Assembly: GCA_963798085.1 (NCBI GenBank)
Contig: CAWCRS010000001.1
Span: forward strand, 320,001 to 384,000
Direction: 5' to 3'
DNA length: 64,000 nucleotides
Source: an uncultured Gemmatimonadales bacterium
GTDB lineage: Bacteria; Gemmatimonadota; Gemmatimonadetes; Longimicrobiales; RSA9
Under the pieces are notes generated by a model. It was given only the letters and a program-made list of their open reading frames with translations, was not told the DNA's origin and did no database searches. Position numbers and translations under genes: made by a program. Positions 16,881 to 25,385 of the stretch are shown in pieces (the first letter of the stretch is position 1; the number at the start of each line of letters is the position of its first letter).

Positions 16881-19853
16881 TCAGCCGCCCGGCTGATTGC
16901 CGGAAGAAGCAGGCGAGGCGGGCTTTCCGGCATCGAGGTCGTTCCAGTTCAGGATGGCATTGAAGCCGAGCATGAACGTGCCCTGGGTCTGCCAGCGCCA
17001 GAACGGCCGGATCGCGAACATCACGATGTGTCCCTGGCCGAGCGGCTCGTCGATGAGCTGTGCGCGATTCGACAGCACTTCGCCGCCGGCCAATGTGCCC
17101 GACAGTAACATCTCGTCAGGATTGGCCGGGAATTGCATCACGACGCGCGGCCGTTCGCCGGCATTGCCGCCACCGAAGCCACCGCCAAACCCGCCGCCAC
17201 CTCGTCCGCCACGGCCACCTCGCCCGCCCTGGTCGGCACCGGCTTCGCCGCCGCGTCCGCCGCGACCGCGGCCCCCATTGCCGGCCTGCGCCTGCTGGCC
17301 CGCGATTTCCCAGGGAGACAGACGAAGCGGCGTCGCCATCGGTGTGGTGTTCTGCCCGACTCCGGGCGGACCGCCGCCGCCCGCAACGCCGCCGAAACCG
17401 CCGCCCGCGTTCAGCACGGGGTCCTGGTTGAAGTACACCGGCAGCTGGTTGTTCCGGTAGCCGTACGCGAGCGGACTGCGCATGTCGCTGATAATGCCAC
17501 GCAGGATGGTGCCGCGCGCAAACAGGTTGTCAGAGTTCTCGACGGTAATGCCGCTGGTCAGGTTGTACTCGGGAAAGATCGTCGCTGTCGAGCCTTCCAC
17601 GATCAGCGTACCGCCCTCCTGCACGAACCGGTACAGCTCCATCAGTCCTTCGACGCCCATGCCGCCGCGGATGTCGTCGCTCTGATCGTTGGCGCCGAGA
17701 TTCGGCGTTTCCGCAGTCTTGCGGTACGGCAGCGGAATGTCGTTGGTCTTCGGGATGCCGCCCACCTGGGACTGCGCGTTGCCGCCCACGTGCGGGTACA
17801 CGATCACATCGTACTTCGCGCGCAGATTGCCTTCGCGCAGCCGCTGATCGGCGAAATAGGTGTACGGCACGCCGTAGGTGTCGAGCGCGGCGCGCACCCA
17901 GCCTTCGTCCTGTGTGCGCTGCCAGCTGTGCACGTAGCCAATGCGCGGCAGGTCGAGATCGTGCGTCTTCACACCAGGCGCGCTGGCCATGGCCCATGCG
18001 GAGAGGCCCAGCTGCTGCAACGCCGGTTCGAGCTGTGCGCGGTTGCCGCCGGTGATGATGAACGCGCCCGCGCGGAAGTGATGGCCGGCCGCGTCGAAGT
18101 CTTCCTCGGCCGCCTCCATTTTCGTGCTGGCGAACCGGTAGCGGAACGCCATCAGGTTGTTATCCGCTGCATTCTCGACGACGATGACGCTGCCGCTCCC
18201 CGCGATGCCGCCAGCCGCCGTCACGTCCTTCGTCACGGGCGTCATCTTCTGATCGAGAATGCCCTTGTCCGTGATCGGCGTGATGGTGACGTCGCGCATC
18301 AGCGGGAAGGTCCAGCCCGTGTCATCATACGGGCGAGGATTGCCGACCGCGTAGTTCTGCAGCGAGAAGTACATGTCCGCCAGCGTGCGATACGGCTGGT
18401 CGCCGCGCACGACGTAGTCGCCGGGCTTCACTTCCACGCCACCCGCCGAGTACGCACTGTTAGCGGTATGAATCTCGAGACCCTGCGTGCGCAGGTCGTT
18501 GACGGCCTCGGCCGTGTTCTCCTTGCGATACTGCGCCGCCGGAATGAGCCAGGCATAGGTGGGTCCATCCCTGCCCTTCTGCAGCGCCCGCTGGTTCTTC
18601 AGCCAGTAGTTCTCCAGATACAGCTCGCGGTTCTTTCCCACGTGGTTCAGCGCGAACAGGATCGCCGACTCCTGGATGTTCGTGTTGTTGCGCGGACCCC
18701 AGTTGATGCGCGGCAGCGGCGGATTGGGCCGGAACCACTCGCGGCTGGTGGTGGTGGCACCCGCGGTCACCACACCATTGTCAGGGCCGTAGCTCTGCAC
18801 CTCGTAGAAGCGGCCCAGCGAGTTGTGCGAGTGTGCCAGGAAGAACATGTAGTTAGGCACCCAGCCGTCGTAGAAGCCGTAGGTCCAGACGCCGGGCACG
18901 CCGCGCTTGGTCATTTCCATCACATCATTCTCGGCCAGCATCCACCACTCGTCAATGGTGATGGGATCGATCTGTTCATTGTAGGGACCCGTCCCGGTCG
19001 AGGCGTACAGGTACGTCTGCGCCTCGTGCAGGTCGTGCAGGACCGTGGGCGTCCACTCCAGGAACGTGCGGTTAATGTGCTGCGTGAGCTTGAGGAACTG
19101 ACCCATGCCATCGCGATTGTTGTCGTGCGCCACGTACTTGCCCCAGTACATCAGCGGCAGGTTCTGCCGTCCCTCGGGCTTCTTCTTGTTGAAGTAGTAG
19201 GTGTCCACTTCCTTCTCGCGGCCGTCCACCTCGACCACAGGCGTAATGAAGGTGATCACGTTGTTGCGGATCTGCTGGATGAACGGCGTCTCCTCCACCA
19301 CCAGCCGGTATGCCAGTTCCATCAGCATCTCGGGCCCGCCCGTTTCCGGCGAGTGCATGCCGCTGGTGATCCAGTAGATGGGCTTGGCCGTATGGATCAG
19401 CTGTCTCGCCTGCGCTTCCGTGGTCTTGCGCGGGTCCGTCAGCGCGTTCAGCATGCCCCTGTATTTCTGCAGATCGCGGATCGTCGCTTCATCGGCGATG
19501 GCGAGCAGGACCAGATCGCGACCTTCTTCGGTCTTGCCGATCGTCCAGAACGCGGCGCGCCCGGACACCTGGCTGATCGCCTGCAGATAGCGCGCAATGT
19601 CCTTCGCGTACGTCAGCTCGCCCGGCGTCCCGACAATGCGGCCATTGAACTTGAGCGGGGTGGGCACCTTGTCCGACGCGGGCAGGTGGTCCACCAGCTC
19701 CGTCGTGATGCGCGGATCCTGGAGGTACTCCTTGATCTTCGCCGTGTACTCCTGATCGATTTTCTGCTGCGCCTGGATGGCCGCTGGCGAGAGCGCGCTC
19801 GTGCCCACGAGCAACACTCCGGCGAGCCGGCGCGCTGACGCCGTGATACGCAT
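16881..19853 (-). CDS. Secreted M14-family zinc carboxypeptidase-like protein
   Basis: Signal peptide; HSPE (HxxE), DNNRD and HDLHE motifs; GAGGAGG RBS before ATG 19853. Confidence 0.85.
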   Translation of the reverse strand: MRITASARRLAGVLLVGTSALSPAAIQAQQKIDQEYTAKIKEYLQDPRITTELVDHLPASDKVPTPLKFNGRIVGTPGELTYAKDIARYLQAISQVSGRAAFWTIGKTEEGRDLVLLAIADEATIRDLQKYRGMLNALTDPRKTTEAQARQLIHTAKPIYWITSGMHSPETGGPEMLMELAYRLVVEETPFIQQIRNNVITFITPVVEVDGREKEVDTYYFNKKKPEGRQNLPLMYWGKYVAHDNNRDGMGQFLKLTQHINRTFLEWTPTVLHDLHEAQTYLYASTGTGPYNEQIDPITIDEWWMLAENDVMEMTKRGVPGVWTYGFYDGWVPNYMFFLAHSHNSLGRFYEVQSYGPDNGVVTAGATTTSREWFRPNPPLPRINWGPRNNTNIQESAILFALNHVGKNRELYLENYWLKNQRALQKGRDGPTYAWLIPAAQYRKENTAEAVNDLRTQGLEIHTANSAYSAGGVEVKPGDYVVRGDQPYRTLADMYFSLQNYAVGNPRPYDDTGWTFPLMRDVTITPITDKGILDQKMTPVTKDVTAAGGIAGSGSVIVVENAADNNLMAFRYRFASTKMEAAEEDFDAAGHHFRAGAFIITGGNRAQLEPALQQLGLSAWAMASAPGVKTHDLDLPRIGYVHSWQRTQDEGWVRAALDTYGVPYTYFADQRLREGNLRAKYDVIVYPHVGGNAQSQVGGIPKTNDIPLPYRKTAETPNLGANDQSDDIRGGMGVEGLMELYRFVQEGGTLIVEGSTATIFPEYNLTSGITVENSDNLFARGTILRGIISDMRSPLAYGYRNNQLPVYFNQDPVLNAGGGFGGVAGGGGPPGVGQNTTPMATPLRLSPWEIAGQQAQAGNGGRGRGGRGGEAGADQGGRGGRGGRGGGGFGGGFGGGNAGERPRVVMQFPANPDEMLLSGTLAGGEVLSNRAQLIDEPLGQGHIVMFAIRPFWRWQTQGTFMLGFNAILNWNDLDAGKPASPASSGNQPGG

Positions 19854-19974
19854 GATTCCTCCTCGACTGGATAATGAAAGCGGGTATCTGGCCGCTTGCA
19901 GGCTAGTGCGCGGCCATGACGCCCGCAACGTCCCGGACAAATCACAATGCTCGCGCGAAACGATCCCGCCAGTT

Positions 19975-20083
19975 TGGAGGAGCGGGGCTGCTTGCGCGAC
20001 ACGGCGCCGCGTCGTTCCGCGGTGCGGGCGTGTGTCATGGAGGAGCGGGGCTGCTTGCGCGACACGGCACGGCGTCGTTCCGC
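19975..20083. repeat. Two-copy direct repeat (46 bp, 63-bp period)
   Basis: TGGAGGAGCGGGGCTGCTTGCGCGACACGGCNCNGCGTCGTTCCGC at 19975-20020 and 20038-20083, 2 mismatches. Confidence 0.8.
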
Positions 20084-20171
20084 AGCACGGGGGGGGCGTC
20101 ACGGCAGCGCTTGAGCAGTCGTTGGTGTTTCCTGACATCGCGCTTTGCGGGACAGCCTCAGTCGCGTGTGC

Positions 20172-20666
20172 TCAATGCGTCCGGATGCCGCGCGACGAGG
20201 GCAGCCAGCGGCGCACCCTTGCGCAGTACTGCGTATATTCCTCGCCGAACATGCGCTGCAGCGTTGGCTCTTCGTACAGGCGGACGAGGCCGTGCATGAA
20301 TGCGAGAAAGGCGATCGCGTAGCCCAGCAGTGGCGCCGACATGAAGTGCAGCGCCGCACCGGTCAATGCCAGCGCGGCACCCAGATACATCGGATTGCGC
20401 ACAAAGCGATACGGTCCGCGGATCACCAGCCGGCGAGGCGGATCGAAGGGCAGGGGTGTCCCCTTCCCGACAGCCGCAAACGTCGCAATGCACGTGATGC
20501 AGAGGGCCGCGCCCGCGGACACCAGTGCGAGTCCCGTAACCTGCAGGAGGCCTGTCGCCGCCGGGCGCGTGAAGTGAGCCGCCTGCAGCACGCGCGCCGG
20601 CAGCAGCACGAGTACCACACTGATGAAAGCAGTCGAGTAGACAATCGTCCGGATCAGAAGCGGCAT
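20172..20666 (-). CDS. Isoprenylcysteine carboxylmethyltransferase (ICMT/PEMT) family membrane protein
   Basis: GKGTPLPFDPPRRLV.GPYRFVRNPMY, YEEPTL..FGEEY..YC..VRRW. Confidence 0.88.
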   Translation of the reverse strand: MPLLIRTIVYSTAFISVVLVLLPARVLQAAHFTRPAATGLLQVTGLALVSAGAALCITCIATFAAVGKGTPLPFDPPRRLVIRGPYRFVRNPMYLGAALALTGAALHFMSAPLLGYAIAFLAFMHGLVRLYEEPTLQRMFGEEYTQYCARVRRWLPSSRGIRTH

Positions 20667-21129
20667 ACCGACCTCGCTGGTTCCACCATCCTCGAACTGG
20701 CCGGTCCGAAAACGTGTGTTATCGACGGCTTCGGGCGACGCCACTGCTCGACGTTTCGTGCGTTCTCGAAACTCGAGAGCCGGGCGCCGCCCGCGCTGTC
20801 ATGCTGCAAGCTGTGCGCGGGCGAGGTGCCCGGCAAGCGCCCCCGTGGCCGCGACGCGACTTCGCCGGGGCCGGTCTGGCGGATTGTCGGGCAGCGGTGC
20901 GGTTTGCCGGTTGCGGGCGGCACTGCCAGCCGGTACATAGCGCGCAAGCAGAACATCCGGGTTCGCGTCGGGAGCGCCATGCCCCCGGCGCCGTCCCATC
21001 GCCTGACTCGCCGCATGCACCGCTCGCGCAGCGGGCGGCAAGCAACGCAACCCGGATCCGGGCACGGCCGCGGCGCAGGACGCCGGTAGTCTAGCGCCGT
21101 GTTACTCCGGGTGCGCCACGCGCCGTTGG

Positions 21130-22380
21130 TCAGCCGCTGCACGCACGATGATCGCGTGAAAGGCAGTAGAGCCTGATGTATTCGACATCGAGATCGTCGA
21201 ACCAGGAGCCGAGCACGAAGTCGGTACCGATCTGCAGTGGCGAGAACCGGGGCGGCATGCTGACACGATCGAGAAACTGTCCGTCCGGACTGAATACGCG
21301 CCAGGATTCTGCGGCGGGCGGTGCCAGGGGATCCGGGCATTCCAGCATCCAGTAGTCGCCCTGGCTGTCTACCCGCACGTTCGCGAGGGCCGGCAGCTGC
21401 GCCGGCCGGGGGATTTCCTGCTGCAACCGCTGGTACGCGCGACGCGCGTTCGGCGACAGGCGTGGCCGCAGATTCTCATAGTAGCGACGTACCATCGCGT
21501 CGGTGACCGTTGCGGCTCGATAGTCCAGGCGGATGATGCGGCGCAATGACCCGTGTGCATCGAAACACTGCAGGGAAAAGGTCTCACCGGTCGCGGCGCA
21601 GTAGCCATCGCCGCCGAGCACCAGCTGCCCGCGCGGCGCGAGCGGCACGGGCAGTACGGTGCGCAGGTCGCCAGCTACCTTGCGATAGCGCCAGTTTTCG
21701 GCAAAGCGGCCCAGAGAATCGACGAAAGCGCCGTTGCGGTCGAAGCGCAGGATCAGGGCCGAGTCGACGTTCACGCCCTGGCGCGTCAGCGCGACCATGT
21801 GCGTCCCTTTGAGTGCCAGCAGGACGCCATCCGCGAAAACGCCTGAAGGCACGACGATCGGGTCTATCGCCGCATCGAAGTGGAAGAGGCGAGCGTAACT
21901 GCGGCGCGCATCGAACACGCTCAGGCGTTCCAGTGCGCCATCGAACACGAGCAGCGAGTCCGGTGCCAGTACGAGCAGCTTGTCGATTTCCCGGAATTCG
22001 CCCGGTCCGCTGCCGGCCCGGCCCGCGCTGTGGAGGAACCGGCCGTCGCGTCCGTAGAACTTGAGCTGTGTCGTGCCGGCGTTGGCCACCACGATGCGAC
22101 CGTCAGCGAAGCGCACCGCCGCGACTACGCGGAACAAGCCGGCTGGATCGGAGGAATCCTGTGCGCCGAGCGTCAGCAGTGGCGGCTGCAACAGGCGCCA
22201 GTTTCCCTCCGGCTCGCGGTCGCCGTTGTCCACGATCTGTATGCCGGCACTGTCACGCACAACGGCCTGACCCGCGCCGGTTGCCGCTCCACATGCAGGC
22301 AGCATGCAGGCCAGCGCGATTCCCGCCGCGCAGCGAGCGACTGACTGCCTGACTCTCACCTCGGAGCGTGGATCATTCAC
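21130..22380 (-). CDS. 6-bladed beta-propeller (NHL-like) lipoprotein
   Basis: Lipobox-like LPAC; VRDSAGIQIV, GRAGSGPGEF, VFSPDGQFL motifs; start uncertain (GTG 22380 with GGAG). Confidence 0.7.
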   Translation of the reverse strand: MNDPRSEVRVRQSVARCAAGIALACMLPACGAATGAGQAVVRDSAGIQIVDNGDREPEGNWRLLQPPLLTLGAQDSSDPAGLFRVVAAVRFADGRIVVANAGTTQLKFYGRDGRFLHSAGRAGSGPGEFREIDKLLVLAPDSLLVFDGALERLSVFDARRSYARLFHFDAAIDPIVVPSGVFADGVLLALKGTHMVALTRQGVNVDSALILRFDRNGAFVDSLGRFAENWRYRKVAGDLRTVLPVPLAPRGQLVLGGDGYCAATGETFSLQCFDAHGSLRRIIRLDYRAATVTDAMVRRYYENLRPRLSPNARRAYQRLQQEIPRPAQLPALANVRVDSQGDYWMLECPDPLAPPAAESWRVFSPDGQFLDRVSMPPRFSPLQIGTDFVLGSWFDDLDVEYIRLYCLSRDHRACSG

Positions 22381-22444
22381 AGCCTGCTCCCGTGGCTGCT
22401 GGCCGTTGGCGTACGCCAATCGACGGTGGCGGAGTCTGCGCAGG

Positions 22445-23107
22445 TCAATGCGACGACGAACGGTCGGCGCGAGCGTCGCCCAGAACCTGATCCAGTCTGG
22501 GAATGATGTCGTCGTACAATTTCAGCAGACGGGGCTCGATGAGGGTGCAATCACTGAAATAGATGCTCATCGAGGCGAGGAAGGATGGCACGTTATCCGA
22601 CATCGGCTTCGAGTACAACACGCCTGTTATGATGTTGGTGGCGTTGTCGAGCTGCCGCTGCACCGTGTAGACATGCGATATGGCGTGGGCGAGATCAGTG
22701 TCGACCCAGGCCAGGGACTGCGTTGCCAGCGCGAGATCCCAGGCGGTGTACTCGAGGAAGGCAGGGTACGTGCTCTCGAAAGGCTGCGGCAGCTGCAGGC
22801 GGGCCTTCGCGGCGGCCCTGAACCACTGCTGCATTGCCTGCAGCCCCTCCACATGCCGGTCCCTGACTGCGGCGACCGCATCGCGGTTCGTGATGAACTC
22901 GGCGCGGAAATGACGCAGTGCCGCGTCCGCCAGTTGCCGGTGCTGCATGTGCTCGCGCCACTCGTCGCCCATGAGCGCCAGGAACACACCCACCGTGATG
23001 AGCGTCACCTCCAGCGCGATCGTGAGGAGCGACTTGCCGCGCGGAGGTGGCGCGGGCGCATGCGCGGCGGGTGTCGCCGTCTCTTCACGCCTGTCGAGCC
23101 CGGGCAT
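22445..23107 (-). CDS. Hypothetical membrane-anchored protein
   Basis: Single TM LEVTLITVGVFLALMGDEWRE followed by a helical soluble domain; ATG 23107 with GGAG upstream. Confidence 0.7.
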   Translation of the reverse strand: MPGLDRREETATPAAHAPAPPPRGKSLLTIALEVTLITVGVFLALMGDEWREHMQHRQLADAALRHFRAEFITNRDAVAAVRDRHVEGLQAMQQWFRAAAKARLQLPQPFESTYPAFLEYTAWDLALATQSLAWVDTDLAHAISHVYTVQRQLDNATNIITGVLYSKPMSDNVPSFLASMSIYFSDCTLIEPRLLKLYDDIIPRLDQVLGDARADRSSSH

Positions 23108-23345
23108 GTGATCTCTGCTCCAGTTTCCGGATCGCCAGCGGCTGAACGTCGATGAACGGATCGGCAGCGGCCGCGCGGACTCGCTCTGCAAGGATGGTTG
23201 TCGCAGCCGCTTCGGCGCCGAAATTGTGGCACCGTGAGCCAACACCGCAACGGCTGAAGCCCGTGTCGCTGGCGTGGCAAGCGACCGAGAGGCGGACGGC
23301 CTTCGGCAGCGTCGCTCGCAGGCGAAGAGCGAGCGGCCACGCGCA

Positions 23346-24032
23346 TCAGGGCGAGTCACCGTCGAGTGTGAACGCGGCGACCGTCGCGAAGCCGGCCTCC
23401 CGCCAGAGCACCTCGGGATGGAACCCGGCTTCCCGCAGCCAGTCGACTTCAGCCTCGAGCGGGAAATACACGTCCTCGCCTGCCCACGCCGCGAGATGAT
23501 TCTCGGCTTCGAGCCGCGAGCAGGTCTGCTGCAGATGCGCGAGCCAGGCCTCGCGCTGCACATTCGCGAGTCTGCGCACGCGCGCCGGGAAGCAGTCCGC
23601 AGTGACTAACAGACCGTCAGGACGCAGGGCTTGATGGCACCGTCGATAGAACGCCCGCTTGGCTTCCGCGGTCGGTATGTGATGCAGCGCAATGCACGAC
23701 ACGATGGCAGCGCAGGCCGGCAAGGCGAATGTCTGGAAATCGGCCACCACGAATTCGACATCATGGAAGGCCGAGAGGCGGGTGCGAGCCGCGTCCAGCA
23801 TGGCGGGGTCCTTGTCGATGCCGACGAGATGTGCCTGCGGGTGTGCGTGCAGGCAGGCCTCGGCCAGCGCGCCCGTACCAATCCCGAGATCGACGATGGT
23901 GGGCTCCGCCGCGGTCAACATGCGCAGCGCCCGGGCGGCGGTCGCGATGAGGTTCTCGTATCCGGGCACGAAAGTGCGGATGCGTGCGTCGTACTCAGCG
24001 AGCGCGATGCGCAGGTGTCCAGCCACTCCCAA
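23346..24032 (-). CDS. Class I SAM-dependent methyltransferase
   Basis: YDARIRTFVPGY, VDLGIGTG motif I, ALHHI, LRPDG; probable TTG start at 24032. Confidence 0.85.
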   Translation of the reverse strand: MGVAGHLRIALAEYDARIRTFVPGYENLIATAARALRMLTAAEPTIVDLGIGTGALAEACLHAHPQAHLVGIDKDPAMLDAARTRLSAFHDVEFVVADFQTFALPACAAIVSCIALHHIPTAEAKRAFYRRCHQALRPDGLLVTADCFPARVRRLANVQREAWLAHLQQTCSRLEAENHLAAWAGEDVYFPLEAEVDWLREAGFHPEVLWREAGFATVAAFTLDGDSP

Positions 24033-24144
24033 TTTCGTTTCGTCCCGTTGGTGTATGGGTTTCCGGCGGCCCCAGTGTACCCCGCGCGCCACAATGTTGT
24101 TGTGTGACCGAGCGTTATCGGGGTGGAGGGAGGCGATATAGCGT

Positions 24145-24322
24145 GTCGGACCGTCTTGGCGTTCGTGGGTTGTGACCCGACCAGAAATGGCAACAGGTAC
24201 TTTCAGTGTCCGGCCGGCGTCCAGAAAGGACCAGGTTGCCCGTCCACGCGTGTATTGCGTAGCTGCGCGCGACAGAGGGATACCGGCAGCGGTCCTAAGG
24301 GAACAACGCCAAGACGGTCCGG
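24145..24322. repeat. Inverted-repeat doublet, copy B
   Basis: GTCGGACCGTCTTGGCGTTC (24145-24164) and CAACGCCAAGACGGTCCGG (24304-24322). Confidence 0.75.
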
Positions 24323-24330
24323 TGCCACTA

Positions 24331-25326
24331 CTACCGCACGTACGTCTTCACCTGCGCGTCGAACGCGGGGGTCTGTGTCGACAGCGGGAACAGCTCCACG
24401 AGCATGCTGGACGCTCCGGTCATGCGCACCAGCAGCTGCAGCGTGGTAAAACCCTGCCCAGTGCCCAGATGGTATGTCACCACGCCGCTCGACGGCGTGA
24501 CCTGCTCGAACGCGGGATCTGCGGTCGCCACGTCGAAGGTGCCGGGATCGCCAATGGTCCCGCCGATCGACACAATGCGGCGCGTCGGCTGGCGCTGGTC
24601 GTAGACGAAGGCCAGCTGTCCGGGCCAGCCCGCCGGGCCGGTGCTGCTCTGGTCCTGCGGCAGGCCTTCGAGGAACCAGTTGCCCACGAGCGCGCCCGGC
24701 TGGTCGTAGTTGATGCGACCGTCCTTGTCCGCGCCCTCGCGCAGCACCCGGCCATAGAGGTTGCTGCGCAGCGAACCGCCGAAGAACGTCAGGGGCTTGC
24801 CCACGTGCAGCGAGTTGTCCGGGTAGCGCTTCGGGCTGATGAACGTCTGCGTCGTGCGGTAATCGATCACGCCCAGGTCCAGGCCGTAGGAGAGACCGCT
24901 CGTGACGCCCACCACATCGCCCGCCTTCACCGGGTCGTTGGTCCTGATGCCGGGCGTCACGATCAGATGGCCGTAGTAGTAACTGATGGAGTTCGAGGCG
25001 CGGACGTAGAGCCCGTCGTCGGCGCCGTGCTGGATGGTGAAGACGCGGCCATCGGCCACCGCGTAAACATTGCGTTTGCGCGCCAGGTCGCAGGGACAGT
25101 GATCGGGATCGGCAATGTAGAAATAGATGTGGTCGCTGGGCAGCGTGTGGCCGGGCGGATTCAGGTTGCCCAGCGCGATGATGAACGCGATCTCCGTGGT
25201 GTCGACCGGTGAGACGCTGAACACCACGGGGCCGTCGCCCGCCGGGCCCGTGGCATCACCGGCACCCTTGCACCCGCTCAGCAAACACCAGGTTAGAAGC
25301 GTCGCACTCCATGCGACCGGGCGCAT
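24331..25326 (-). CDS. Hypothetical lipoprotein, possible degenerate M23/LytM-like domain
   Basis: Lipobox LSGC; VYAVADGRV, YYYGHL, VKAGDVVG resemble the M23 fold, but HxH is replaced by LDL. Confidence 0.6.
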   Translation of the reverse strand: MRPVAWSATLLTWCLLSGCKGAGDATGPAGDGPVVFSVSPVDTTEIAFIIALGNLNPPGHTLPSDHIYFYIADPDHCPCDLARKRNVYAVADGRVFTIQHGADDGLYVRASNSISYYYGHLIVTPGIRTNDPVKAGDVVGVTSGLSYGLDLGVIDYRTTQTFISPKRYPDNSLHVGKPLTFFGGSLRSNLYGRVLREGADKDGRINYDQPGALVGNWFLEGLPQDQSSTGPAGWPGQLAFVYDQRQPTRRIVSIGGTIGDPGTFDVATADPAFEQVTPSSGVVTYHLGTGQGFTTLQLLVRMTGASSMLVELFPLSTQTPAFDAQVKTYVR

Positions 25327-25385
25327 GCATACCCTCCCGTTGAACGATGGACGCACCCGCTCCGGCAGGGGATTGCCGCATGCGT

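Noticed and set aside
3250..19838. Long antisense ORFs such as 3250-5340, 9059-11470 and 17133-19838
   Set aside because: Shadow ORFs opposite well-supported genes, expected at high GC; no recognisable motifs.
20956..21057. ATCCGGGTT...AACCCGGAT inverted repeat in an intergenic region
   Set aside because: Single short pair with no other copy in the window; not enough to call an ncRNA or element.
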